NCBI GenBank assembly: GCA_902788485.1
Contig: CADAKI010000001.1
Span: 27,927-91,926, forward strand
Length of the DNA: 64,000 bases
Direction: 5' to 3'
DNA from: an uncultured Pseudomonadota bacterium
GTDB lineage: Bacteria > Pseudomonadota > Alphaproteobacteria > Rs-D84
Part shown: piece by piece, positions 48,291 through 57,676 of the stretch
Numbering within the stretch: the stretch's first letter is position 1
Layout of the letters: the number at the start of each line of letters is the position of its first letter
The notes under the pieces: model-generated
Databases searched by the model: none
Told to the model about the DNA's origin: nothing
The model's input: the letters and a program-made list of their open reading frames with translations, nothing else
Program-made: the position numbers and the translations under genes

Positions 48291-49136
48291 ATGTCCAATA
48301 ATAAACGACTTTTTTTATTTGCCGCATATGATGCAAATGGCATAATTGATGACGCATTGATGTTTTATATACAAAAACTGTCTGAATGCGGCGACATCAT
48401 TTTTTGCATGGATGCCGATTGCAAGGGCACTGAATTAAACCGCATAAAAAAATACACAATTGCGCGTATGGGTCGTCGTCACGGCGAATACGATTTTGGG
48501 TCATATAAACGCGCATACGAATATGCCAAGAAAAATAAATTATTAAAAAAATACGATTTTGTGTACATGGTCAACGATTCTGTGTTTGGACCATTGCATG
48601 ATTTGGAACCTGTATTAAAACAAATGGAATCAAAAAACACCGACGCATTCGGCATGGTGGAAAGTCGCCACACCCATTACCGTCATATTCAATCATGGTT
48701 TATCGGTATGCGCAAAAGTGTTTTTTTGTCCACCTGGTTTGATAAATTTATAATGGATGTAAAACAACAACCACATAAATTTTTAATTACCGTTTTATAC
48801 GAAAATAAATTTACCGATATTTTGGAAGAACATAACGGCACATGGTATTGCCCATTTGTTTGCCGCGGACGCAGTGTTTATAACAATCCAACCCGATTGT
48901 TCAAATTGGGATGTCCGTTTATTAAAAAAATGTCGTTCACGCGCCATAATGGTGCCATCGGCCACAGGTTATATTATGTATTATCACATTGTGATAAAAA
49001 TGCACGCGATGCGGTGCTATCTGGCGCAAATCATGCATATACACAAAAATATATATCTTGGCTGTTGACCCCAAATCCATTTACATACATTGTTCGCGGG
49101 GCAAAATACGCAATTAAAAAACTAAGGGAAAAGTAA
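48291..49136 (+). CDS. RgpF-like (rhamnan-synthesis-protein-F family) polysaccharide glycosyltransferase
   Basis: 281 aa. LFLFAAYDANGIIDDALMFYIQKLSECGDIIFCMDAD resembles the RgpF-family N-terminal signature FAHYDKDGIIDDYVIYYL. Confidence 0.45.
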   Translation: MSNNKRLFLFAAYDANGIIDDALMFYIQKLSECGDIIFCMDADCKGTELNRIKKYTIARMGRRHGEYDFGSYKRAYEYAKKNKLLKKYDFVYMVNDSVFGPLHDLEPVLKQMESKNTDAFGMVESRHTHYRHIQSWFIGMRKSVFLSTWFDKFIMDVKQQPHKFLITVLYENKFTDILEEHNGTWYCPFVCRGRSVYNNPTRLFKLGCPFIKKMSFTRHNGAIGHRLYYVLSHCDKNARDAVLSGANHAYTQKYISWLLTPNPFTYIVRGAKYAIKKLREK

Positions 49137-49138
49137 AC

Positions 49139-49975
49139 ATGAAAAAGACAAAAAAGATTGCCGCAATAACAATGGCACGTGACGATGAATTTTTCTTGTC
49201 CCGTTGGATTGCGTATTACGGCAAACAATTTGGCACGGAAAATTTATATATTATATTGGACGGCATCGACCAAAAAACACCAAAAAACGCCGGCAACGCA
49301 CATATAACAAAATTAGAACATGAAACCATGTCACGCGCCGCGGGCGATAAATACCGAATCGGAAAATTATCAGAATTGGCAACCAAATTATTAAAAACAT
49401 ACGACATTGTTATCGGTTGTGATACGGATGAATTTTTAATTGTTGACCCAAACACGAACCTGAATTTATCTGAATATTTATCCAACAAGAAAATTAAAAC
49501 CACGCTTTCCGGATTGGGATTGGATGTCGGTCAAAATTTAAATTGCGAATCCGAATTGGATGCACATGCCCCATTTTTGGAACAGCGCGAATACGCCCTG
49601 CTGTCCACGCGTTATACCAAACCCGTGGTCAAAACCATCGCCGCCCCCTGGGGCAGTGGTTTCCACAGTATCCGTCATCACAATTTCCATATTGATAAAA
49701 ATTTATACTTACTGCACTTTGGCGCGATTGATTTAAAAATGTTGGAACGCAAAGCTGCCGCCCGTGGCGCCGATTGGTTAAACCACCTGCGCCGGCGCGG
49801 AAACGGCACAATAAATGCGGTCACAAATTCAAAAATAAAATCATCCAAATGGTTGCGTATCGCACGCATTTTACAAACATACATGCGCCCAATTTACGCA
49901 TTACGCAAACCCGCAATGTTGGGATTAAAACCGGTTATAGAAATACCAACGCGTTTTAAAAAATCAGGGATTTAA
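49139..49975 (+). CDS. GT-A fold glycosyltransferase (Glyco_tranf_2_4-like)
   Basis: 278 aa. AAITMARDDEFFLSRWIAYYGKQFGTENLYIILDG plus DTDEF (DxD) fits the family consensus vkNEadyl.ewl.hh..lGvdhfyiyDn ... DaDEf. Confidence 0.45.
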   Translation: MKKTKKIAAITMARDDEFFLSRWIAYYGKQFGTENLYIILDGIDQKTPKNAGNAHITKLEHETMSRAAGDKYRIGKLSELATKLLKTYDIVIGCDTDEFLIVDPNTNLNLSEYLSNKKIKTTLSGLGLDVGQNLNCESELDAHAPFLEQREYALLSTRYTKPVVKTIAAPWGSGFHSIRHHNFHIDKNLYLLHFGAIDLKMLERKAAARGADWLNHLRRRGNGTINAVTNSKIKSSKWLRIARILQTYMRPIYALRKPAMLGLKPVIEIPTRFKKSGI

Positions 49976-51083
49976 TTTGTTTTATAACCACGTCTGGCGC
50001 GAATCGTTTTAATTCGCGCGTTGATACATTTATCATCTTACGCACATCCACCGTGTTTTCATATACATCACTCATTAATTTTGCCAACGCATTTACATCA
50101 CCCGGCACAAACAACAACCCACCCGCACCATCTAATAAAATTTCACGCGGCCCATATTTACAGTTCGATGCAATATTTAACACACCCAATGCCGCCGCCT
50201 CTATCAATACCGTGGGCAAACCTTCGCCACGACTGGACAATATATGTGCAACGGCACCCGCAACATATGGATATGGATTTTTCTGGCTGCCAGTAAAGAT
50301 AATATTTTTGTGCGACATCAAACCGTCAGCATGCTTTTCAAACACATCGCGTTTATCACCACCACCAACCAAAACCAATTTAACATTTTTATGATTTTTC
50401 CAAAACAAATCAAACGCATCCAACAGTGTCCAAATATCTTTATCATAACTCATCCGCGCCACAGAACAAAAATATTTGCCACGCACATCACATTTTTCAC
50501 TAGCCCGCGCCCGCACAGATTCAATATCAATCGGATTATAAATTCTGATAAATTTATTTGCATATGCCGGACACAAATTTTTCATATCGTTTACACAATC
50601 ATCCGTCAAAACAACAACATTGTCGTATATGCACAGTTTCCGGGAAAATTTGCGTTTTTGAAACACAGAAATCGAACTGTGAAACCATGCAATTTTTTTT
50701 GCATTTTTTATATCTTTAAACTCATGCGAAAAACCAAAATCGTGATAATCAATAAATACATCAAAACCCGATAATAATTTTTTTACAACATGCACCCGGC
50801 GACAAAAACGATACACATCGCGCGCAAAATGTTTCACAACCCGCCACAGAAAAAATCGCGGCATACGTGTTCCCAACACGCGCGACGGATATAACACAAC
50901 ACGTTTAACATTTTTATGTTTACGAAACCAATCAACCCACACCGGCTCGGTCACATCAACAAATGTCACAACCGTTATATCCAGTTTTTTATCCGTGCTT
51001 AAAAGTTCCAATGTGCGAATCAATACAGATTCCACACCACCCAACTGCATATCACGCAAACAAAATGCAACACGCACAGACAT
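49956..51083 (-). CDS. Glycosyltransferase family 4 (GT-B)
   Basis: 375 aa. MQLGGVESVLIRT N-terminal region and C-terminal SRGEGLPTVLIEAAALGVLNIASN (the GT4 EGFGxxxLEAMAxG motif). Confidence 0.8.
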   Translation of the reverse strand: MSVRVAFCLRDMQLGGVESVLIRTLELLSTDKKLDITVVTFVDVTEPVWVDWFRKHKNVKRVVLYPSRVLGTRMPRFFLWRVVKHFARDVYRFCRRVHVVKKLLSGFDVFIDYHDFGFSHEFKDIKNAKKIAWFHSSISVFQKRKFSRKLCIYDNVVVLTDDCVNDMKNLCPAYANKFIRIYNPIDIESVRARASEKCDVRGKYFCSVARMSYDKDIWTLLDAFDLFWKNHKNVKLVLVGGGDKRDVFEKHADGLMSHKNIIFTGSQKNPYPYVAGAVAHILSSRGEGLPTVLIEAAALGVLNIASNCKYGPREILLDGAGGLLFVPGDVNALAKLMSDVYENTVDVRKMINVSTRELKRFAPDVVIKQIKSLIF

Positions 51084-51086
51084 CGA

Positions 51087-52112
51087 TTATTTCCCAATAA
51101 AATTCAAAATTTTTAACGCCAATTTCCGACGATTTTTCGGCACACGTTCAAACACCCCCAAATTATATAAATCGGTAAATTCTTGGCGGGCAATTGCCAA
51201 CTCTTCATCGGTTTTCAAATATTTAATTTTGCGAAACGCCCAATTAACAAAGAACCATAAAAAGTTTTCGCCCCATAATTGCATTTGATGCGCAGATGCC
51301 TGGTCACGATACAAAACGAACGCATCTTTGATACCCGCAATCAAACTTTGCATAATGCGCAACTGTTTCGCACTCAATACAATTCCGCCAAAATTTGGAA
51401 TATAATAATACAACGGCAATGGCGCAATCGTGACACGCGGATTTCGCAGCATAACACGCGACCACCACGGAAAATCTTCGAACAAAATACCCTTGATAAA
51501 TGGGATATCCGCAATTAAATCACGACGATACATATTTTTCCAAACCTGGCAATGTTTAATCAACCACTTGCGATTTTTGCGGAACGCATTATGCGCACTG
51601 TCGGTTGCATATTCATAAACATCCGACACGGTTTTAGATTTTATTTTATTGATATCATACCGTTTTTTTATACCCCGTGGGACAACATTATCCGTCCCCA
51701 TACCCAATTTATAATACACCATCAGTTGCGGCCGATAAAACCGGTCATATGTGAACGACACAATATCAGAATTATTTTCTTGCGCCAACGAATACGCGAT
51801 TTCCATCGTTTGCGGATGAATAAAATCATCACTGTCCAAAAACATAATGTATTCACCATTTGCGTATGGCATACCCGCATTTCGCGCATCAGACAACCCA
51901 CCATTTTCTTTATGCACAACAACGAATCGTTTATCACGCGCGGCGTAACTTTCGGCAATTTCGCCCGATTTATCAGGCGACCCGTCATCAACCAAAATTG
52001 CCTGCCAATCGGTAAAAGTTTGCGACAACACCGAATCCAGGCATCGCGGCAAATATTTTTCCACACCATACATTGGAATAATAATAGAAATTTTTGGTTT
52101 TTTATTTGGCAT
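51087..52112 (-). CDS. Glycosyltransferase family 2
   Basis: 341 aa. ISIIIPMYGVEKYLPRCLDSVLSQTFTDWQAILVDDGSPD ... LSDARNAG ... FLDSDDF (DxD). Confidence 0.85.
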   Translation of the reverse strand: MPNKKPKISIIIPMYGVEKYLPRCLDSVLSQTFTDWQAILVDDGSPDKSGEIAESYAARDKRFVVVHKENGGLSDARNAGMPYANGEYIMFLDSDDFIHPQTMEIAYSLAQENNSDIVSFTYDRFYRPQLMVYYKLGMGTDNVVPRGIKKRYDINKIKSKTVSDVYEYATDSAHNAFRKNRKWLIKHCQVWKNMYRRDLIADIPFIKGILFEDFPWWSRVMLRNPRVTIAPLPLYYYIPNFGGIVLSAKQLRIMQSLIAGIKDAFVLYRDQASAHQMQLWGENFLWFFVNWAFRKIKYLKTDEELAIARQEFTDLYNLGVFERVPKNRRKLALKILNFIGK

Positions 52113-52121
52113 AAAAATCTC

Positions 52122-53069
52122 CTACATTTTATTTATCATTTCATCCGCAAAAGACCCCGGTATCGGATTTTCCGACCCACGATATGTTGTTTTTTGGAAA
52201 AACGCACCCGATGTCAATTTATCAAACAACTTTTTATCAAACGGTTTATCATTATATGCCCACCACAAAACATGGGTTGGGTCTTGGGCGACATGCGGCA
52301 TTTTTGCGAAATACTTTTTCGCCCTTTCGTCATTTTCAACCAAAGTTTTGAATAATAATTGATGCATAAAATAATCAAAGGTGTGATTTTCATGCATCCA
52401 ATAATCCAAAATCATCGCCCGCCATGCCGCCAGCAAAAACGCCCCCCGACGCGCGCGAATAAAACAGTTTTGGCAAAAACTATACGGACTGCCCCCGATA
52501 TTGTAATTGTCACCCGTTAAATACATAAAATAATCTTGTTTTTCAATCCAATCTGGGATTGGTGCGGTCACAAATCCGGTTGAATCCAACCAATACCCAC
52601 CATACCGATACAACAATTCCACACGGCAAATATCCGCAAAATGCGCATGCCCAATTTTACCGTCCCGATATTTTTGAACTATTTCATCTGGCAAAGATAT
52701 ATAATCAAAAACCGTTTTTGCATCCAATACGACCAATTCTTGTTTGCAATGCCGACGCACACTGCGGAAACATGCGCGCACTAACGCGGGTGCGTTTTCT
52801 TCGCCCTGCAACCACAATGTCCAAATTTTATCGTGTGCATCATCAACAACGACATCCTCCTCGGGCACAGAATTCACCGCCGGCAAATACCGTTTGAAAT
52901 AATTTGATACGATTTTCGCCGTTGCATCCGTCCGCACCCGACGACGCGCGACACGGTCAAAAAAATGCCAATTCAAAATATGCCCAACCAAAACCAATTT
53001 AGATGTTGCGATAAACCTTGCGAAATTCATCCAATCACTCCTTTTAATTATAAACATCAGGCGACACAA
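52122..53069 (-). CDS. Capsular-polysaccharide-synthesis-type glycosyltransferase (Caps_synth/GT32-like, DxD sugar-binding region)
   Basis: 315 aa. IWTLWLQGEENAPALVRACFRSVRRHC resembles the Caps_synth N-terminal signature IWqfWdqGednaP. The real start is probably internal, at MNFARF. Confidence 0.45.
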   Translation of the reverse strand: MCRLMFIIKRSDWMNFARFIATSKLVLVGHILNWHFFDRVARRRVRTDATAKIVSNYFKRYLPAVNSVPEEDVVVDDAHDKIWTLWLQGEENAPALVRACFRSVRRHCKQELVVLDAKTVFDYISLPDEIVQKYRDGKIGHAHFADICRVELLYRYGGYWLDSTGFVTAPIPDWIEKQDYFMYLTGDNYNIGGSPYSFCQNCFIRARRGAFLLAAWRAMILDYWMHENHTFDYFMHQLLFKTLVENDERAKKYFAKMPHVAQDPTHVLWWAYNDKPFDKKLFDKLTSGAFFQKTTYRGSENPIPGSFADEMINKM

Positions 53070-53089
53070 ATTTGCGCCGCCCGAAATTT

Positions 53090-54169
53090 TTATTCACCCA
53101 TATCACCTGACGCATTGTCGTCATCATCCACAGGCCCCGTTGTCATCTCTTCTGCGATACCATTGGCCTGGGCCATGATTTTATCCAACAATTCTTGCTG
53201 GACATCCGGATGGTCTTTTATCCATTGGCGCGCATTCGCCTCGCCCTGACCCATGCGTTCATTATTGTATGAATAAAAAGAACCCGCCTTTTCGATGATA
53301 TTGTATTTCACACCCATATCCAAAATTTCAGATATGCGGGAAATACCTTCGCCATACATGATTTTGAAATCGACCGTCCGGAACGGTGGCGCAACCTTGT
53401 TTTTAACAATTTTGACACGCGTTTCATTACCGATAACATTTTCTTTATCTTTGATTGCACCGGTCCGACGAATATCCAAACGAACCGAGGCATAGAATTT
53501 CAATGCATTACCACCCGATGTTGTTTCCGGATTACCAAACATAACACCGATTTTCATACGGATTTGATTGATGAAAATCAATAATGTATTACTGCGCGAT
53601 ACAGACCCCGCCAATTTTTTCAGCGATTGCGACATCAAACGCGCGGTCGTTCCAACAAAAGAATCACCGATATTACCCTCTAATTCTGCGCGAGGTACCA
53701 ATGCCGCAACCGAATCGATAACCACAACATCAACCGCACCCGATTTAATCAAAGTATCGGCAATTTCCAACGCCTGTTCCCCAGAATCCGGTTGTGAAAT
53801 AATCAATTCTGAAACATTACAACCCAATTTTTTTGCATAACTCGGGTCCAGCGCATTTTCCGCATCAATATATGCACATGTGCCACCTTTCTTTTGTGCC
53901 TCGGCCACGGCATGCAGTGCCAATGTTGTTTTACCCGAACTTTCCGGTCCGTAAATTTCAACAATACGACCACGCGGATACCCACCGATACCCAACGCAA
54001 TATCCAACCCCAAAGACCCAGATGATATCGCCTCGATATTTTGTTGCGAACCATCACCCATTTTCATAATGGCTTCTTTGCCGAATTGTTTTTGGATTTG
54101 TGCCAACGCAGATTCCAACGCCGGATTTTTGGCCGGTGTGGCGGATGCATCTTTTTCTTTCTTTGCCAT
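53090..54169 (-). CDS. recA: Recombinase RecA
   Basis: Start re-assigned to ATG at 54169 ([39 protein letters not shown]...). Walker [14 protein letters not shown] and the full RecA core follow. Confidence 0.9.
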   Translation of the reverse strand: MAKKEKDASATPAKNPALESALAQIQKQFGKEAIMKMGDGSQQNIEAISSGSLGLDIALGIGGYPRGRIVEIYGPESSGKTTLALHAVAEAQKKGGTCAYIDAENALDPSYAKKLGCNVSELIISQPDSGEQALEIADTLIKSGAVDVVVIDSVAALVPRAELEGNIGDSFVGTTARLMSQSLKKLAGSVSRSNTLLIFINQIRMKIGVMFGNPETTSGGNALKFYASVRLDIRRTGAIKDKENVIGNETRVKIVKNKVAPPFRTVDFKIMYGEGISRISEILDMGVKYNIIEKAGSFYSYNNERMGQGEANARQWIKDHPDVQQELLDKIMAQANGIAEEMTTGPVDDDDNASGDMGE

Positions 54170-54238
54170 AAATATTCCCCTTTGTTTTTCTATCCAGATG
54201 ATACTAGGAAAAACCCCTATTTGCAAGCCCGATAATAA

Positions 54239-55462
54239 TTATTTTTTAGACCACAAAACAAACAAAGTTATCACACTCACCGCAATCGAAACCGCCCACA
54301 CGGCCGATGTCATCCCGGTCAATGCGATACACAACGCGCCCAAAATCGGGGCAATAACCTTGGGCAAATATACCGTTGTCCGAAACACCCCATAAAACCG
54401 GGATTGTTCACTTTTATGGGTATTGTCAAAGAAAAACAAATCATGCACCGGTTCCATAAACGCCCCCGATATCTGCCACAGGACAAATACCGCCAACAAT
54501 GGAAAACCATGCAAAAACATTGCCAATGTTGCGAACACTGCGAACGATGCCATACCAATAATCATCAAAACACGCGCGCCAACCCGTCGCACCAGATTTC
54601 CAATAAACAAATCAAAAACAATGTATGGCAAAATTCCCATTGTCAAAACCCACCCCAATACATTTGCAGAAAACCCCTGCTCTATCACAATAATTGGGAC
54701 ATACAAAACACGCATCGCCGACAATGCATAAAAACCAAAATTCACGGCATACGCGCGCGGCATACCACTGCGTCTGAAAAAGACCAAAGTATTTATCCAC
54801 AAAGATTTTAATGTGCGACGCGGATTTACATTTTTAATTTCTTTATCCATTTGCACAATACCAAACCGTTTAAAAAACAGCAATCCACCCGCATAAATCA
54901 TCGCCGATGCCAAAAACGGGATACGATAATTACTGAACCACGCCGCCATATTTAACGCAAACAACGGCGCCACCAACGCACCAATATTCACCCACAAATA
55001 ATACCGCGCATTTAATTTTGCCATCCCGATATTTTTAGAAAAATCCGCCATAAATAACGGAATTAAAATTCCAATAATTGTGGACCCAATACCCGACACC
55101 CAATCCAATGTCACAAAAGTCATGGGCTTAATTGAAAAACTCATCATTGCATAGCAAACAATAACAAATAAAAACGCGGCATATAATAAACGAGCCTTGG
55201 AAAACCATCGCAACAATTCTTTGGAAAACACACCAACAATCATACAAAATACAGAATACATCGCGACATAAACACCAACCACCGACGACGCCAGATTTTC
55301 ATTTCCCAAAATACCGGTAAAAATTCCCAATATAACCAAAGAATAAACCGCATTATAAACACCCGACGCAAACCCTGTAAACAGCCCCAGGTTTGCAAAT
55401 GAATACCCATCAACATTTTCATTTATCGCGATGTATTTGTCTTTGGCCAAAACTCTCTCCAC
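54239..55462 (-). CDS. MFS-type transporter
   Basis: 407 aa, about 12 TMs in a 6+6 arrangement with a central loop. Confidence 0.65.
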   Translation of the reverse strand: MERVLAKDKYIAINENVDGYSFANLGLFTGFASGVYNAVYSLVILGIFTGILGNENLASSVVGVYVAMYSVFCMIVGVFSKELLRWFSKARLLYAAFLFVIVCYAMMSFSIKPMTFVTLDWVSGIGSTIIGILIPLFMADFSKNIGMAKLNARYYLWVNIGALVAPLFALNMAAWFSNYRIPFLASAMIYAGGLLFFKRFGIVQMDKEIKNVNPRRTLKSLWINTLVFFRRSGMPRAYAVNFGFYALSAMRVLYVPIIVIEQGFSANVLGWVLTMGILPYIVFDLFIGNLVRRVGARVLMIIGMASFAVFATLAMFLHGFPLLAVFVLWQISGAFMEPVHDLFFFDNTHKSEQSRFYGVFRTTVYLPKVIAPILGALCIALTGMTSAVWAVSIAVSVITLFVLWSKK

Positions 55463-55509
55463 TATTTGCCAAAATATTATATCACAGTTTTACCGATAAC
55501 ACAAACCGC

Positions 55510-55542
55510 ACAAAAAAATTTATCCCCCATAAAATGGGGGAT
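55510..55542 (-). terminator. Rho-independent terminator of secB
   Basis: Perfect 9-bp stem atcccccat / atgggggat with a 3-nt loop (55522-55542), followed on the minus strand by aaaTTTTTTTg. Confidence 0.7.
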
Positions 55543-55587
55543 GGGACTTCTAACCATTAACAAAAAACATCCAACCAAAAAAATTTT

Positions 55588-56040
55588 TTATTGATTGGCG
55601 GGCTTATTTTGTTGTGCCGCATTTTTTCTCTGTTCGTATAACGCTTCGAAATCAACGGGTTGCATCACAAATGCCGGGAATCCAGATTCCGCCGTCAAAC
55701 GCGTCACCAATGCGCGAACCGATGGGAACAACAAATGTGGCACATCAATCAGCAAAGTGCGGCGTTTGGCTTCTTCATCTTTTTCTTCTTCCATTTGAAC
55801 CAAACCAGAATATGTTGTTTCAATCAAGAATATGGATTTATTATCTTTATCCAATTTAGAATGCACCTTGGTCAACAAATCAACCATAAACACATTATTT
55901 TCGGCGCCCTTGATTTGAATATCGATATTTATTTCGATTTTTGCCTGACCATTATCCTGGTTAAAGAACAATTCCGGGACATTTGGGCTTTCAAAAGAAA
56001 TGTCTTTCAAGAACTGCGAAATAATTTTGAACTGTGACAT
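55588..56040 (-). CDS. secB: Protein-export chaperone SecB
   Basis: 150 aa. Acidic SecB consensus. N-terminal FKIISQFLKDISFESPNVPE matches the SecB start. Confidence 0.85.
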   Translation of the reverse strand: MSQFKIISQFLKDISFESPNVPELFFNQDNGQAKIEINIDIQIKGAENNVFMVDLLTKVHSKLDKDNKSIFLIETTYSGLVQMEEEKDEEAKRRTLLIDVPHLLFPSVRALVTRLTAESGFPAFVMQPVDFEALYEQRKNAAQQNKPANQ

Positions 56041-56122
56041 GCGATTGCTCCTTTTTTTTTAGTCGCTTTTATGATAATATAACAAATGAAAAATATTTTA
56101 CAAGTGTCGGGGGGATAAAAAA

Positions 56123-57220
56123 ATGATTATTTTCAAAACAACAAAAATTATCGGTATTTTCAGTGCGATATTCATATGTTTTGCATTAACATCGTGCGAC
56201 ATGTCAACACCAACACGCACCGATAATGATGCGGTTGTGCCAACATCCAACCTGCACGCGGTACCGTTTTCATCACTGCCGGGGTGGGAAAATGACGATG
56301 TCAGATATGCACTCCAAGCATTTCGTAACACATGCAATGCAAAATTACAATACACCGGCCGTGTAATCCCGGACGCGGCATTGGTTCGTGAAAAATGCAA
56401 TATGTTGCCGTCTGCAAACGCCGATACAAAAACCGTCCGCAAATGGTTTGAATCACATTTTCAACCCTACCGCATATATGACGATGCGGGACGCAAGACC
56501 GGCACATACACCGGATATTATTCACCAACAATTCCGGCGTGTCGCAAAAAGACATCCCAATGCAACGAACCATTGATGGCGGTCCCCACCGATGGTAAAC
56601 AATATAAAAATGTTCCCAAAAAGAAAATCGTTGAAAATCGCATTGGTCGCGTTTTGTATTGGGCAAACATCGTCGATGTCCAAAACATACAAATCCAAGG
56701 CAGTGGTCTGTTAAAACTGGAAGATGGCGAATTGGTAAAATTAAATTTTGGCGCAACGAACGACATGCAATTTAAATCTATCGGCGAACAATTACGCACC
56801 CGTGGCATAAAACCTGATGGCGGATACAGTGCCGACGCCGTATGGAAATATTTGAAAAAACACCCCACCCTTGCACGCGAGGTAATTTACAACAACCCAC
56901 GCTATGTTTATTTCCGCGAGGCCGATTCCAAAAAAGTTATCGGCAAATTGGGAACACCATTATCAAAAATACGCAGTATCGCCGTCGATGATTCCATTTA
57001 CACCGTCGGCATGCCGGTATATATAAACACAAATTTATCAGACGGTCGCAAATTCCAACGATTGATGATTGCCCAAGACACCGGCAGTGCCATTCGTGGT
57101 TGGATACGCGCAGACATATTCTTTGGTTCGGGGGACGCGGCATATAAATATGCACACGGCCAACACAGCACCGGTGAAATGTACATATTACTGCCACGGG
57201 TTTACACAAATGCAAAATAA
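56123..57220 (+). CDS. mltA: Membrane-bound lytic murein transglycosylase A (lipoprotein)
   Basis: 365 aa. Lipobox LTSC, MltA domain (TGYYSPT..., LYWANIVDVQNIQIQGSG), and C-terminal 3D domain (IAVDDSIY...AQDTGSAIRG...ADIFFG). Confidence 0.85.
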   Translation: MIIFKTTKIIGIFSAIFICFALTSCDMSTPTRTDNDAVVPTSNLHAVPFSSLPGWENDDVRYALQAFRNTCNAKLQYTGRVIPDAALVREKCNMLPSANADTKTVRKWFESHFQPYRIYDDAGRKTGTYTGYYSPTIPACRKKTSQCNEPLMAVPTDGKQYKNVPKKKIVENRIGRVLYWANIVDVQNIQIQGSGLLKLEDGELVKLNFGATNDMQFKSIGEQLRTRGIKPDGGYSADAVWKYLKKHPTLAREVIYNNPRYVYFREADSKKVIGKLGTPLSKIRSIAVDDSIYTVGMPVYINTNLSDGRKFQRLMIAQDTGSAIRGWIRADIFFGSGDAAYKYAHGQHSTGEMYILLPRVYTNAK

Positions 57221-57545
57221 TAAATATGACAAAAAATTAGATGTCCGTATCACGCGCCCAACATTTATATCGGGCGTGTTTGGTAATTTATTTCAAACAT
57301 TTCATCGACCTGCATCCGTTGATGATTTAACCACACGATGGGACGAAATCATGGGCCCCGACATTGCACCAATTGCGAAATTAGTTGCAATAAAAAAAAC
57401 ACGCGATAACAAATTCAGTGTTGTAATAAAACCCGCCAACACCGCATTGGCATTACAATTATCATATGCAAACGACGAAATATTGCGCCGCATAAATAAA
57501 TATTTCGGATATCCTGCCATTTCCAAAATCACATATCGAAAATAA
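57209..57545 (+). CDS. DUF721 (DciA-like) protein
   Basis: 112 aa, from ATG 57209 overlapping the mltA 3' end. RWDEIMGPDIAPIAKLVAIKKTRDNKFSVVIKPANTALALQLSYANDEILRRINKYFGYPAISKITY follows the DUF721 pattern W..i.G..ia.h..p..l..g.L.v.v.s.a.a.eL.....il.rlN..lG. Confidence 0.5.
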
Positions 57546-57563
57546 CACACGAACTCGGACATT

Positions 57564-57660
57564 CCCCTTCTTTATGAAAGAAGGGGTGGATGACGAGCAA
57601 TGCGAGTCAGACGGGGCAGTTGTGAAACAGATAAAATTTATTTCTTTTATTTAATCATAA
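57564..57660 (+). repeat. Hairpin-containing ~100-bp repeat, copy A (upstream of the 748-aa gene)
   Basis: Perfect 10-bp stem ccccttcttt-ATG-aaagaagggg at 57564-57586, followed by tggatgacgagcaatgcgagtcagacggggcagttgtgaaacag and an AT-rich tail. About 85% identical to copy B. Confidence 0.6.
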
Positions 57661-57676
57661 AATATGATAAAATTAT

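Noticed and set aside
53090-54226. Longer recA ORF starting [15 protein letters not shown]
   Set aside because: The RecA N-terminus aligns from MAKKEKD... (ATG 54169). The extra 19 codons have no homology.
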